In this document: positions 1 to 13,773 of the stretch, piece after piece
Numbering within the stretch: the stretch's first letter is position 1
Layout: each line of letters opens with the position of its first letter
Origin: Macrostomum lignano
Taxonomy: Eukaryota
Direction of reading: 5' to 3'
Assembly (NCBI GenBank): GCA_002269645.1
Contig: NIVC01002011.1
Span: forward strand, 124,001 to 188,000
Length of the DNA stretch: 64,000 nucleotides
Notes under the pieces: model-generated
Databases searched by the model: none
What the model was told of the DNA's origin: nothing
What the model saw: the letters and a program-made list of their open reading frames with translations, nothing else
Translations under genes and position numbers: made by a program

Positions 1-3000
1 GTAGAAGCGTCATGTAAACAATCATAGAAGCGTCATGTAAACAATCATAGAAGCGTCATGTAAAAAATCGTAGAAGCGTCATATAAAAATCGTAGAAGCG
101 TCATTTAAAAAATCATAGAAGCGTCATGTAAAAAATCATAGAAGCGTCATGTAAACAATCATAGAAGCGTCATGTAAACAATCATAGAAGCGTCATGTAA
201 AAAATCGTAGAAGCGTCATGTAAACAATCATAGAAGCGTCATGTAAAAAATCGTAGAAGCGTCATGTAAACAATCATAGAAGCGTCATGTAAACAATCAT
301 AGAAGCGTCATGTAAAAAATCGTAGAAGCGTCATATAAAAATCATAGAAGCGTCATGTAAAAAATCGTAGAAGCGTCATGTAAAAAATCGTAGAAGCGTC
401 ATATAAAAATCGTAGAAGCGTCATGTAAACAATGATAGAAGCGTCATGTAAAAAATCATAGAAGCGTCATTGAAAAATCATAGAAGCGTCTTTTAAAAAA
501 TCATAGAAGCGTCATATAAAATCGTAGAAGCGTCATGTAAACAATCATAGAAGCGTCATGTAAACAATCATAGAAGCGTCATGTAAAAAATCATAAAAGC
601 GTCATGTAAAAATCATAGTAGCGTCATGTAAACAATCATAGAAGCGTCATGTAAAAAATCGTAGAAGCGTCATGTAAAAAATCGTAGAAGCGTCATATAA
701 AAATCATAGAAGCGTCATATAAAAATCATAGAAGCGTCATGTAAACAATCATAGAAGCGTCATGTAAAAAATCGTAGAAGCGTCATGTAAACAATCATAG
801 AAGCGTCATGTAAACAATCATAGAAGTGTCATGTGAACAATCATAGAAGCGCCATGTAAAAAATCATAGAAGCGTCATGTAAACAATCATAGAAGCGTCA
901 TGTAAACAATCATAGAAGTGTCATGTGAACAATCATAGAAGCGTCATGTAAACAATCATAGAAGCGTCATGTAAAAAATCTTAGAAGCGTCATGTAAACA
1001 ATCATAGAAGCGTCATGTAAACAATCATAGAATCGTCATGTAAAAAATCGTAGAAGCGCCATGTAAACAATCATAGAAGCGTCATGTAAACAATCATAGA
1101 AGCGTCATGTAAACAATCATAGAAGCGTCATGTAAACAATCATAGAAGCGTCATGTAAACAATCATAGAAGCGTCATGTAAACAATCATAGAAGCGTCAT
1201 GTAAACAATCATAGAAGCGTCGTGTAAACAATGATAGAAGCGTCATGTAAAAAATCATAGAAGCGTCATTGAAAAATCATAGAAGCGTCTTTTAAAAAAT
1301 CATAGAAGCGTCATATAAAATCGTAGAAGCGTCATGTAAACAATCATAGAAGCGTCATGTAAACAATCATAGAAGCGTCATGTAAAAAATCATAAAAGCG
1401 TCATGTAAAAATCATAGTAGCGTCATGTAAAAATCATAGAAGCGTCATGTAAACAATCATAGAAGCGTCATGTAAACAATCATAGAAGCGTCATGTAAAC
1501 AATCATAGAAGCGTCATGTAGAGAATCATAGAAGCGTCATGTAAACAATCATAGAAGCGTCATGTAAAAAATCGTAGAAGCGTCATATAAAAATCGTAGA
1601 AGCGTCATTTAAAAAATCATAGAAGCGTCATGTAAAAAATCATAGAAGCGTCCTGTAAACAATCATAGAAGCGTCATGTAAACAATCATAGAAGCGTCAT
1701 GTAAAAAATCGTAGAAGCGTCATGTAAACAATCATAGAAGCGTCATGTAAAAAATCGTAGAAGCGTCATGTAAACAATCATAGAAGCGTCATGTAAACAA
1801 TCATAGAAGCGTCATGTAAAAAATCGTAGAAGCGTCATATAAAAATCATAGAAGCGTCATGTAAAAAATCGTAGAAGCGTCATGTAAAAAATCGTAGAAG
1901 CGTCATATAAAAATCGTAGAAGCGTCATGTAAACAATGATAGAAGCGTCATGTAAAAAATCATAGAAGCGTCATTGAAAAATCATAGAAGCGTCTTTTAA
2001 AAAATCATAGAAGCGTCATATAAAATCGTAGAAGCGTCATGTAAACAATCATAGAAGCGTCATGTAAACAATCATAGAAGCGTCATGTAAAAAATCATAA
2101 AAGCGTCATGTAAAAATCATAGTAGCGTCATGTAAACAATCATAGAAGCGTCATTTAAAAAATCGTAGAAGCGTCATGTAAAAAATCGTAGAAGCGTCAT
2201 ATAAAAATCATAGAAGCGTCATATAAAAATCATAGAAGCGTCATGTAAACAATCATAGAAGCGTCATGTAAAAAATCGTAGAAGCGTCATGTAAACAATC
2301 ATACAAGCGTCATGTAAACAATCATAGAAGTGTCATGTGAACAATCATAGAAGCGCCATGTAAAAAATCATAGAAGCGTCATGTAAACAATCATAGAAGC
2401 GTCATGTAAACAATCATAGAAGTGTCATGTGAACAATCATAGAAGCGTCATGTAAACAATCATAGAAGCGTCATGTAAAAAATCTTAGAAGCGTCATGTA
2501 AACAATCATAGAAGCGTCATGTAAACAATCATAGAAGCGTCATGTAAAAAATCGTAGAAGCGCATGTAAACAATCATAGAAGCGTCATGTAAACAATCAT
2601 AGAAGCGTCATGTAAACAATCATAGAAGCGTCATGTAAACAATCATAGAAGCGTCATGTAAACAATCATAGAAGCGTCATGTAAACAATCATAGAAGCGT
2701 CATGTAAACAATCATAGAAGCGTCGTGTAAACAATGATAGAAGCGTCATGTAAAAAATCATAGAAGCGTCATTGAAAAATCATAGAAGCGTCTTTTAAAA
2801 AATCATAGAAGCGTCATATAAAATCGTAGAAGCGTCATGTAAACAATCATAGAAGCGTCATGTAAACAATCATAGAAGCGTCATGTAAAAAATCATAAAA
2901 GCGTCATGTAAAAATCATAGTAGCGTCATGTAAAAATCATAGAAGCGTCATGTAAACAATCATAGAAGCGTCATGTAAACAATCATAGAAGCGTCATGTA

Positions 3001-6000
3001 AACAATCATAGAAGCGTCATGTAGAGAATCATAGAAGCGTCATGTAAAAAATCATAGAAGCGTCATGTAAACAATCATAGAAGCGTCATGTAAACAATCA
3101 TAGAAGCGTCATGTAAACAATCATAGAAGCGTCATGTAAACAATCATAGAAGCGTCATGAAACAATCATAGAAGCGTCATGTAAAAAATCATAGAAACGT
3201 CATATAAAAATCATAGAAGCGTCATGTAAAATCATAGAATCGTCCTGCAAAAACTCGTAGAAGCGTCATGTAAAAAATCATAGAAGCGTCATGTAAAAAA
3301 TCATAGAAGCGTCATGTAAAAATCGTAGAAGCGTCATGTAAAATCATAGAAGCGTTATGTAAAAATGATAGAAGCGTCATATAAACAATCATAGAAGCGT
3401 CATGTAAACAGTCATAGAAGCCTCATGAAACAATCATAGAAGCGTCATGTAAAAATCATACAAGCGTCATATAAACAATCATAGAAGCGTCATGTAAACA
3501 ATCATAAAGCGTAATGAAACAATCATAGAAGTGTCATGTAAACAATCATAGAAGCGTCATGAAACAATCATAGAAGCGTCATGTAAAAAATCATAGAAAC
3601 GTCATGTAAAAATCATAGAAGCGTCATGTAAAATCATAGAAGCGTCATGTAAAAATCATAGAATCGTCCTGCAAAAACTCGTAGAAGCGTCATGTAAAAA
3701 ATCATAAAAGCGTCATGTAAAAAATCATAGAAGCGTCATGTAAAAATCGTAGAAGCTTCATGTAATAATCATAGAAGCGTTATGTAAAAATGATAGAAGC
3801 GTCATATAAACAATCATAGAAGCGTCATGTAAACAGTCATAGAAGCGTCATGAAACAATCATAGAAGCGTCATGTAAAAATCATACAAGCGTCATATAAA
3901 CAATCATAGAAGCGTCATGTAAACAATCATAAAAGCGTCATGAAACAATCATAGAAGTGTCATGTAAACAATCATAGAAGCGTCATGTAAAAAATCGTAG
4001 AAGCGTCATGTAAAAAATCGTAGAAGCGTCATATAAAAATCATAGAAGCGTCATATAAAAATCATAGAAGCGTCATGTAAACAATCATAGAAGCGTCATG
4101 TAAAAAATCGTAGAAGCGTCATGTAAACAATCATAGAAGCGTCATGTAAACAATCATAGAAGTCATGTGAAACAATCATAGAAGCGCCATGTAAAAATCA
4201 TAGAAGCGTCATGTAAACAATCATAGAAGCGTCATGTAAACAATCATAGAAGTGTCATGTAACAATCATAGAAGCGTCATGTAAACAATCATAGAATCGT
4301 CATGTAAAAAATCTAGAAGCGTCATGTAAACAATCATAGAAGCGTCATGTAAACAATCATAGAATCGTCATGTAAAAAATCGTAGAAGCGTCATGTAAAC
4401 AATCATAGAAGCGTCATGTAAACAATCATAGAAGCGTCATGTAAACAATCATAGAAGCGTCATGTAAACAATCATAGAAGCGTCATGTAAACAATCATAG
4501 AAGCGTCATGTAAACAATCATAGAAGCGTCATGTAAACAATCATAGAAGCGTCATGTAAACAATCATAGAAGCGTCATGTAAAAAATCATAGAAGCGTCA
4601 TTGAAAAATCATAGAAGCGTCTTAAAAATCATAGAAGCGTCATATAAAATCGTAGAAGCGTCATGTAAACAATCATAGAAGCGTCATGTAAACAATCATA
4701 GAAGCGTCATGTAAAAAATCATAAAGCGTCATGTAAAAATCATAGTAGCGTCATGTAAAAATCATAGAAGCGTCATGTAAACAATCATAGAAGCGTCATG
4801 TAAACAATCATAGAAGCGTCATGTAAACAATCATAGAAGCGTCATGTAAAATCATAGAAGCGTCATGTAAACAATCATAGAAGCGTCATGTAAAAAATCG
4901 TAGAAGCGTCATATAAAAATCGTAGAAGCGTCATTAAAAAATCATAGAAGCGTCATGTAAAAAATCATAGAAGCGTCATGTAAACAATCATAGAAGCGTC
5001 ATGTAAACAATCATAGAAGCGTCATGTAAAAATCGTAGAAGCGTCATGTAAACAATCATAGAAGCGTCATGTAAAAAATCGTAGAAGCGTCATGTAAACA
5101 ATCATAGAAGCGTCATGTAAACAATCATAGAAGCGTCATGTAAAAAATCGTAGAAGCGTCATATAAAAATCATAGAAGCGTCATGTAAAAATCGTAGAAG
5201 CGTCATGTAAAAAATCGTAGAAGCGTCATATAAAAATCGTAGAAGCGTCATGTAAACAATCATAGAAGCGTCATGTAAAAAATCATAGAAGCGTCATTGA
5301 AAAATCATAGAAGCGTCTTAAAAAATCATAGAAGCGTCATATAAAATCGTAGAAGCGTCATGTAAACAATCATAGAAGCGTCATGTAAACAATCATAGAA
5401 GCGTCATGTAAAAAATCATAAAGCGTCATGTAAAAATCATAGAAGCGTCATGTAAACAATCATAGAAGCGTCATTAAAAATCGTAGAAGCGTCATGTAAA
5501 AAATCGTAGAAGCGTCATATAAAAATCATAGAAGCGTCATATAAAAATCATAGAAGCGTCATGTAAACAATCATAGAAGCGTCATGTAAAAAATCGTAGA
5601 AGCGTCATGTAAACAATCATACAAGCGTCATGTAAACAATCATAGAAGTGTCATGTGAACAATCATAGAAGCGCATGTAAAAAATCATAGAAGCGTCATG
5701 TAAACAATCATAGAAGCGTCATGTAAACAATCATAGAAGTGTCATGTAACAATCATAGAAGCGTCATGTAAACAATCATAGAAGCGTCATGTAAAAATCT
5801 TAGAAGCGTCATGTAAACAATCATAGAAGCGTCATGTAAACAATCATAGAATCGTCATGTAAAAAATCGTAGAAGCGCATGTAAACAATCATAGAAGCGT
5901 CATGTAAACAATCATAGAAGCGTCATGTAAACAATCATAGAAGCGTCATGTAAACAATCATAGAAGCGTCATGTAAACAATCATAAAGCGTCATGTAAAC

Positions 6001-7950
6001 AATCATAGAAGCGTCATGTAAACAATCATAGAAGCGTCATGTAAACAATGATAGAAGCGTCATGTAAAAAATCATAGAAGCGTCATTGAAAAATCATAGA
6101 AGCGTCTTAAAAAATCATAGAAGCGTCATGTAAAAATCAGAAGCGTCATGTAAACAATCATAGAAGCGTCATGTAAACAATCATAGAAGCGTCATGTAAA
6201 AATCATAAAGCGTCATGTAAAAATCATAGAAGCGTCATGTAAAAATCATAGAAGCGTCATGTAAACAATCATAGAAGCGTCATGTAAACAATCATAGAAG
6301 CGTCATGTAAACAATCATAGAAGCGTCATGTAAAATCATAGAAGCGTCATGTAAAAAATCATAGAAGCGTCATGTAAACAATCATAGAAGCGTCATGTAA
6401 ACAATCATAGAAGCGTCATGTAAACAATCATAGAAGCGTCATGTAAACAATCATAGAAGCGTCATGAAACAATCATAGAAGCGTCATGTAAAAAATCATA
6501 GAAACGTCATGTAAAAATCATAGAAGCGTCATGTAAAATCATAGAATCGTCATGCAAAAATCGTAGAAGCGTCATGTAAAAAATCATAGAAGCGTCATGT
6601 AAAAAATCATAGAAGCGTCATGTAAAAATCGTAGAAGCTTCATGTAATAATCATAGAAGCGTCATGTAAAAATGATAGAAGCGTCATATAAACAATCATA
6701 GAAGCGTCATGTAAACAGTCATAGAAGCGTCATGAAACAATCATAGAAGCGTCATGTAAAAATCATACAAGCGTCATATAAACAATCATAGAAGCGTCAT
6801 GTAAACAATCATAAAGCGTAATGAAACAATCATAGAAGTGTCATGTAAACAATCATAGAAGCGTCATGAAACAATCATAGAAGCGTCATGTAAAAAATCA
6901 TAGAAACGTCATGTAAAAATCATAGAAGCGTCATGTAAAATCATAGAAGCGTCATGTAAAATCATAGAATCGTCCTGCAAAAACTCGTAGAAGCGTCATG
7001 TAAAAAATCATAAAAGCGTCATGTAAAAATCATAGAAGCGTCATGTAAAAATCGTAGAAGCTTCATGTAATAATCATAGAAGCGTTATGTAAAAATGATA
7101 GAAGCGTCATATAAACAATCATAGAAGCGTCATGTAAACAGTCATAGAAGCGTCATGAAACAATCATAGAAGCGTCATGTAAAAATCATACAAGCGTCAT
7201 ATAAACAATCATAGAAGCGTCATGTAAACAATCATAAAAGCGTCATGAAACAATCATAGAAGTGTCATGTAAACAATCATAGAAGTGTCATGTAAACAAT
7301 CATAGTAGCGTCATGTAAAAATCATAGTAGCGTCATGTAAAAAATCATAAAAGCGTCATGTAAAAATCATAGAAGCGTTATGTAAAAATGATAGAAGCGT
7401 CATATAAAAAATCATAGAAGCGTCATGTAAACAATCATAGAAGCGTCATGTAAAAATCATAGAAGCGTCATGTAAACAGTCATAGAAGCGTCATGAAACA
7501 ATCATAGAAGCGTCATGTAAAAACCATAGAAGCGTCATGTAAACAATCATAGAATCGTCCTGCAAAAATCGTAGAAGCGTCATATAAAAATCATAGAAGC
7601 GTCATGTAAACAATCATAGAAGCGTCATGTAAACAATCATAGAAGCGTCATGTAAAAATCATAGAAGCGTCATGTAAACAATCATAGAAGCGTCATGTAA
7701 ACAATCATAGAAGCGTCATGTAAAAATCATAGTAGCGTCATGTAAAAAATCATAAAAGCGTCATGTAAAAATCATAGAAGCGTTATGTAAAAATGATAGA
7801 AGCGTCATATAAAAAATCATAGAAGCGTCATGTAAACAATCATAGAAGCGTTATGTAAAAATCATAGAAGCGTCATGTAAACAGTCATAGAAGCGTCATG
7901 TAAAATATCATAGAAGCGTCATATAAAAATCATAGAAGCCTCCTTTAAAA
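1..7950. repeat. Tandem satellite, 23-bp monomer (TAGAAGCGTCATGTAAACAATCA), roughly 345 copies, with higher-order repeats; runs off the left edge
   Basis: Monomer period is 23 (TAGAAG at 2, 25, 48...). Variants are AAACAATCA/AAAAATCG etc. There are no unique spacers. It degenerates at about 7930-8045. Confidence 0.98.
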
Positions 7951-8039
7951 ACTAATGAAAGTGTCATTTAAAAAATTAAGAAGCATCATGGTAGAATAAA
8001 AGAAGCGTCATGTCAGACATGAAAGGTGCCATGTAAAAA

Positions 8040-8900
8040 TTAAATGAAGCTATAGTGCTGTGCTAGGGAGAAAAACTGAGACGTCAAGGCTCACAGAGAA
8101 TAACTGAGATTATGGGGGCGTTTCTGAGATGTCAAAGCAACAGTCAGAAGCTACTTCAAAGTTCATTTACTTTACTCAATTTTTTTATTACATTCTTTGT
8201 TGGCTCGCCACGGGGGGGGGCGCTGATAGAAGAAGAGTCATGTAAAAAATAAAAGTAGCACTATGTATACATATAAGAAAAGTCATGTCGAAGTTAAAAG
8301 ATTCATTTGGGAATTGCTACGATGTCAAAGCGAGGGAATCGTTATAGTGCTGTGATTCTTAAAGAAGGAATCACTAAAATGTCAAGGCTTAGGGGAGAAG
8401 AATTGCTGAGATTCAAGGCTTTAGGTTGGGTTAAAGTTAGGTTTAGGTCAGGTGTGGGTTGAGGGTTATATTTTATCGGGTTTCAAGGTTAACGGGGGAT
8501 TTTTCAGATTTCAAGGTTTATGGAGGCCATCGCTGACATGTCAAGGCTTACGGGGGGATAGCTGACATGTCAAGGCTCACGGGGGTATAAATGAGATTTC
8601 AAAGCTAAAGTCAGAAGCTACATGTAGTTTATTGAAAACTTTTTATTACATTATTTGATGCCTCCTCAGGGGAGGGATCGCTGATAAAAAAGCGTAATGT
8701 AAAAAATAAAAGAAGCTTCATGTCGAAGTTAAGAGATTCATTTGGGAATCCATTGCATTGCTGAGATGTCAAGGGGGGGAGTTGATATGTTAAAGCTTGT
8801 GGGGGGGATTACTGACATGTCAAGGCTTACAAGGTTTGACAGGAGATTTTTTAAGATTTCAAGGATACATGTAGCTTATTAAAAAAACGTGCATTGCATT
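8040..8900. repeat. Degenerate ~460-bp direct duplication containing satellite-like monomers and GAGATGTCAAGGCT motifs
   Basis: Paired blocks: GTCAGAAGCTAC (~8143/~8610), CGCTGATA..GTCATGTAAAAAATAAAAG (~8221/~8680), CATGTCGAAGTTAA.AGATTCATTTGGGAAT (~8284/~8719). Confidence 0.55.
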
Positions 8901-9184
8901 TCTTTGGCTCCCCAACGGGGGGCGTAGATTGCTAGTTGTTTTAACTAACTTCAGCCAATGGAGTTTAATAATTTGTTATAATTTCGTAAGCTATTTTTGT
9001 TATAATTAATTTCATCCAATCAAATTAAGTTTTATCCTCTATATAAACGGAACGATTGACCAAGAATAAAATTAACTTGCTCTTCCGCGAATTTTCGCGA
9101 GCTCGCTCTCAACCGGAGAAGAAGCGTTTTTGCCATCCAAACCAAAACGTGAGTTGAAACTTGCGAGTCTTAGTTCTTTGTAGG

Positions 9185-9365
9185 AATAGGGAGAAACCAG
9201 AGGTCGTGGAGACCCAGAACTAGGGATCTGAATAGGGAGAAACCAGAGGTCGTGGAGACCCAGAACTAGGATCTAAATAGGGAGAAATCAGAGGTCGTGG
9301 AGACCCAGAACTAGAATCTAAATAGGGGGAAATCAGAGGTCGTGGAGACCCAAGACAGAGGTCTA
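9185..9365. repeat. 45-46-bp tandem repeat x4 (AATAGGGAGAAACCAGAGGTCGTGGAGACCCAGAACTAGGATCTA)
   Basis: Units start at 9185, 9231, 9276 and 9321. One minus-strand frame reads DPSSGSPRPLVSPYL, possibly a gag-like repeat. Confidence 0.9.
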
Positions 9366-10793
9366 AAATTAAGAAGAAATTTAAGGTCGTGCAGAAGCCG
9401 TACTGGCTAATAATAGGTATTAGGCGCTAGGAAATTAGGCATTAGAGGAGTGAATTAGCTACTGCTGGACACCCTTGATCCTCGGAAAACGCTAGACTTT
9501 CGGACTAAAATTAGGAAATTAGACAGTGTCTTACCGCTCGGGCACTACACGCTATCACAAGGTTTCCAAGAAATCGTGTGAAATTAGAGAAGGGTCATAG
9601 TTCAGAGGCAGCCAATACTACTAGAAGTAGACAGCTTAGGGACAGGAACCAGAAAGTCTGTGAAAGGCTCAGTAGCTTTAAGGTGGAATTGCAGTTAGAA
9701 CGAGTACGTCTGTGATGATTGGTGACATCTAGAGGTCAGCAGAAGAAGGAGGAAACAAGTCTGTAACACATACTTGTAGTAGTGAATCATGAATCTTTTA
9801 AAAGAAAATTAAAAGAAGCGAAATAAAAGTTAAAACAGCCTGAACGAATCCGTGAAGGTACAGCTGAAGATGCTGGTGGAGAAGCTATTCCGGACGGCCT
9901 TTAACACGATAGGCCGCAATTATAAAACCACCAAACGTCCCAAGGATGGAATCAGGTATAAGCGAATGACTTGCTTATTCCACTCCTTATCGATGCTAAT
10001 GATGAGGACGCACTTTTTTCAATCTTAATACCGCACATTTGGATTTTCTCTCTCTCTCACCTATACAATTTTTCCAAGAAACTTTTTATGTCATTGGTGG
10101 CAATGCTACACTCGTTCTACTCTACAAACATTAATGAAGCAAGTGCAAGAACGCGTTTTTTTGCATCACCTCGATAAATGCTGTCCTAAACGATTCCAGA
10201 CGCTGAATGTTCATCTACTGCTTCATATCTTCTATTCACACTATATATACTTTGTTATATTCACAAAATTCATGTTTTGCGACACTAAAACAACTTTGCA
10301 GCCTGTTTTTAAATATTGTCCCACATATTTTGGTGAACGATTTTTACTTTTAAATTTCCATCCTTTGAGCCACATGCCTGAGCAATATGCGCGCTAAAAA
10401 ATAAATAGGTTCTTTTTCAATACAAGCAAATTTTTTGCATGCTTATGTCCTAATATTTCAATATTTATATTTATATTTATCGCGCAAAAATATTCATTCC
10501 ACCTCATTTTCTGTACAACGGATTACTGGATGGAGTGGCATAGTTTCAAAATCGATGATTCAATAGCAGGACGGCCGCAGGATATTAGCGACACAATTCA
10601 ATCTACTCAGACCTACATCTACATTGTAAAAGTAATTTACACTTAAAAAAACCATTATATTTTAATAAGATTATTTTTAACATTATATTCGCGCTTGTTT
10701 CGCATTATAATGATATTATAATGCAATTTAGCGGCACTTAATGACATTATAATTTGAATTAAAAATGCCTTTTTTGCCATTATTCCTGACTAG

Positions 10794-11140
10794 GGTAATA
10801 TCAAACTAAAAGCTAAAAAATGTCACGCTTTCAAGTCCGAACAACAAAATCTAGGGCACGTCATAGGAAAATCAGGAATTAAGAGATGCGGTAAACTATA
10901 AGCGATTAGGAACTGGCCGAAACCTAAGACTGTGACAGAGCTTCAAAGTTTTCTCGGACTATGCAATTATTATCGGAATTTTGTTAGAGATGATGAATCA
11001 GATGCACACTGATCATCACACTGATGCACCAGATGTCAGAAACGGGGCGGTCTTGAATCAAGTTCAAAGCGACGGTTTTGAAAACGCCGATCGTGTATCT
11101 TAGTCGAAAGATGAGGCAGTCAGAAGCTAGTCAGAAGGTA
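10794..11140 (+). pseudogene. Ty3/Gypsy RT C-terminus/RNase H relic
   Basis: Translates KLKAKKCHAFKSEQQNLGHVIG...[28 protein letters not shown], then HTDAPD..GAVLNQ and PIVYLSRKM, with stops and deletions. Confidence 0.85.
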
Positions 11141-11911
11141 GTTAGTTACAAACTGAGTCATCAAGCTAAACTACTTGCAGACAATATACATGCTTATTTT
11201 GCATACACCTCCAAGTGGACCAGTTTTGAGAATGTACAGAAGCTGGCCGTACAGAAGCCAACTAGAAGAGAACCAATAAATACTTTTTTATCAATTAGTT
11301 ATGCAATACTTCAATTTATTTGTCTGGTATCATACTTGAAAATATTCAGGCATGAATATGCCTGACTTTCTAAACTTTGTCTAAACTTTGTTAACTGATG
11401 ACTATATATGTTATAACTATGCTTATTTAGAATGACCCTATTAACTGTTAAGCCTATATGATAAGACAGTCGGGTAGCTTAGAACAATTTGGTTAAGAAA
11501 TTCTACAAGGGCACAAATAAAGTCCAAATTAAATTCTAAAACACTGCATATTATTGCTATTATGTACTCTGGCCTACCCCCCTCCTATTCTGGAGAAATG
11601 AGAACAAGAACAACTCAACACCAGAAAAAGCAGCCAAACTTCATATGCTTATAGTTTCTATTCTAACTAAGATACAGAGTTGAGACTTTGTAATTAGATA
11701 AAGAATAAATCAATGAAGACTTGTATCACGTTTGAAGTCAATTGCTTTGCATGGAGCAAACTTATGGCAGCCAAAAGTTAGTCAATTTTAAAATATATTT
11801 ACACCCTTTAGGCCCAGATCGGGAAAGAGAAGCAGGCAAGAAGGTTGGGTGGCTGTCCTGCTAACAAAAAATAGCCTAACTTTAATTGTGATTCAAGAAT
11901 ACCTTTCAAAC

Positions 11912-12934
11912 TAGGGATGTCGATCCCGGGGAGCTTGTCGGGGAATACTCCCCGGGGAATTGGACCGGGGACCCCGGGGAGAAAAAATATTTTAAAAAGC
12001 ATTTGTAATTTCATTTTGCCATTTAAATAAGAATAATTCACAGAAAGCAGATTTAATCTCTGTCTATGCTCTTTTAATGCATAACTGCTGCTATTCAGTT
12101 GCTATACAATGCCCTACTTTCATTTACTCCCATGAGCGTAGCTGCTGAGCGAACATTTTCCGCCTCCGGACACTTTCTGACAAAGGTGCGCGCACGATTA
12201 GGTGATGCCAAGTTGTCTAAGCTAGCCCTGCTGCGACACTTTTAAGAATCGGCAGAAGCAGCAGTAGTGGAGTAGCTACCCAGCACCAGATAGCAACAGA
12301 CATCAGTAGACAGTATGATATGGCAGCAGACTGCAGCAGAAAGCAGAAGGCAGCTGAAGGCAGCAGGCAGCAGACAGAAAAAAGCAGCAGACAGCAGACA
12401 GAGAAAAAAGAAGCAGACAACTATATTGAAGCGATAATCAATAGATAGCACCAGGAAGCAGGTAGTAGCTGACAGCAGCAGATAGCATCAAGCTGTAGCA
12501 GACAGCATATCAGGCTGTAGAACACAGCACCAATCTGCTGTAGCAGACCTTTTTTTGCTGATTGCTCGCTTTTTATTGCCGCTTGCTGCTGCTTTCCAGT
12601 TGTTATATAATGCCCTAGGCCCGACTATCGGTTCCTCCCACGAGTGTAGCTGCTGAGCGAACAATTTCCGCCTCCGGACTCTTTCTGACAAAGGTGCACG
12701 CACGATTTGGTGATGCCACATAAAATACAATTTTAAATAAGCATTGTTTAAGCATTGTTTAAACAAGCCTTAAACATATAGTCCAAAGCTTAAATTAAAG
12801 TTAAAAAATGCCAGTTAACACTTTGTTATCCGCCGTTGTTTACTTATTTTTTCTTTTCCCCGGGTCCCCAGGGAATGATAGTAAATTTCCCGGGGTCCCC
12901 GATAAGAAAATTCCCCGGGGAACCAACATCCCTA
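11912..12934 (+). mobile_element. Non-autonomous hAT DNA transposon with two copies of the C-terminal dimerisation domain
   Basis: TIRs TAGGGATGT (11912) / ACATCCCTA (ends 12934) with CCCGGGG-rich subterminal regions. 12081-12245 reads ...ALLSFTPMSVAAERTFSASGHFLTKVRARLGDAKLSKLALLRHF*. A second copy at ~12600-12716 reads PTSVAAERTISASGLFLTKVHARFGDA. The putative 8-bp TSD is degenerate (TTTCAAAC/TCTAAAAA). Confidence 0.85.
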
Positions 12935-13201
12935 TCTAAAAATCAAAATTTTTAACAATTGCATTAAAATAGTTGAAGATTGAATGCGTCCATATTGAAA
13001 AAGATTGGTACAACTGAAGCAACACTATAGAAGTTTTAATTTTAAAAAGCATTTTTAGTGTTAGTTTTTGCAAATTTTGCACACTGCACGAAGTTTACAT
13101 ATTCGTGTAAAATTAGGATTTGGGGAAAACATGTATTGGCAAACTCTGGTTTCTGCCCGACACTCCCTATGTCCCTCTTAGGACAAAGAATTATTATTAT
13201 A

Positions 13202-13773
13202 CGAGGGTCATCCCAAAAGTTCTCTGTATCACTGAATTACTCCTACGAACTGGCACCAATTTTGAAGAACTGCACACAAACTTGCACCAATATCTGCACA
13301 CAACATTGATGAATTTTCATAAAAAAATCTCCATGCAATTAGAAATAACAAGCTGAGTTGTCCAACACCTTCAGAGCAAATGGACAGCTCTCACATTGAC
13401 TTCTTTAACTGGCACAGTGCAGCTCGTGCAGCATCACCGACTGAATAGGCAAGTGTCACAAGCAGAAAAGTGAATGAACTTGACAAGAATTCCATCATTT
13501 ATTCTTGAATGACTGGCTGACTCACATGACTGGTCGGTGATGCTGCACGAGCTGCACTGTGCCAGTTAAAGAAGTCAATGTGAGAGCTGTCCATTTGCTC
13601 TGAAGGTGTTGGACAACTCAGCTTGTTATTTCTAATTGCATGGAGATTTTTTCATGAAAATTCATCAATGTTGTGTGCAGATATTGGTGCAAGTTTGTGT
13701 GCAGTTTCTTCAAAATTGGTGCCAGTTCGTAGGAGTAATTCAGTGATACAGAGAACTTTTGGGATGACCCTCG
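13202..13773. mobile_element. Tc1/mariner-type MITE with ~240-bp TIRs and TA target duplication
   Basis: TA|CGAGGGTCATCCCAAAAGT ... ACTTTTGGGATGACCCTCG|TA. Arms 13202-13441 and ~13533-13773 are near-perfect, with a ~90-bp spacer. It is inserted in an (ATT)n tract. Confidence 0.92.

Noticed and set aside
1-7950. CRISPR array interpretation of the 23-bp, 20-bp (37.3 kb) and 34-bp (50.2 kb) repeats
   Set aside because: Units are head-to-tail with no unique spacers, no cas genes are present, and the context is eukaryotic with spliced genes.
9960-10620. Protein-like fragments on the minus strand (e.g. YSVNRRYEAVDEHS, FETMPLHPVIRC)
   Set aside because: There are too many stops and no recognisable motif series, so no family can be supported.
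12217-12451. ORFs from low-complexity or tandem repeats (also 21269-21639, 27571-27928, 37156-37963)
   Set aside because: They are translations of repeats with no protein-family signal.
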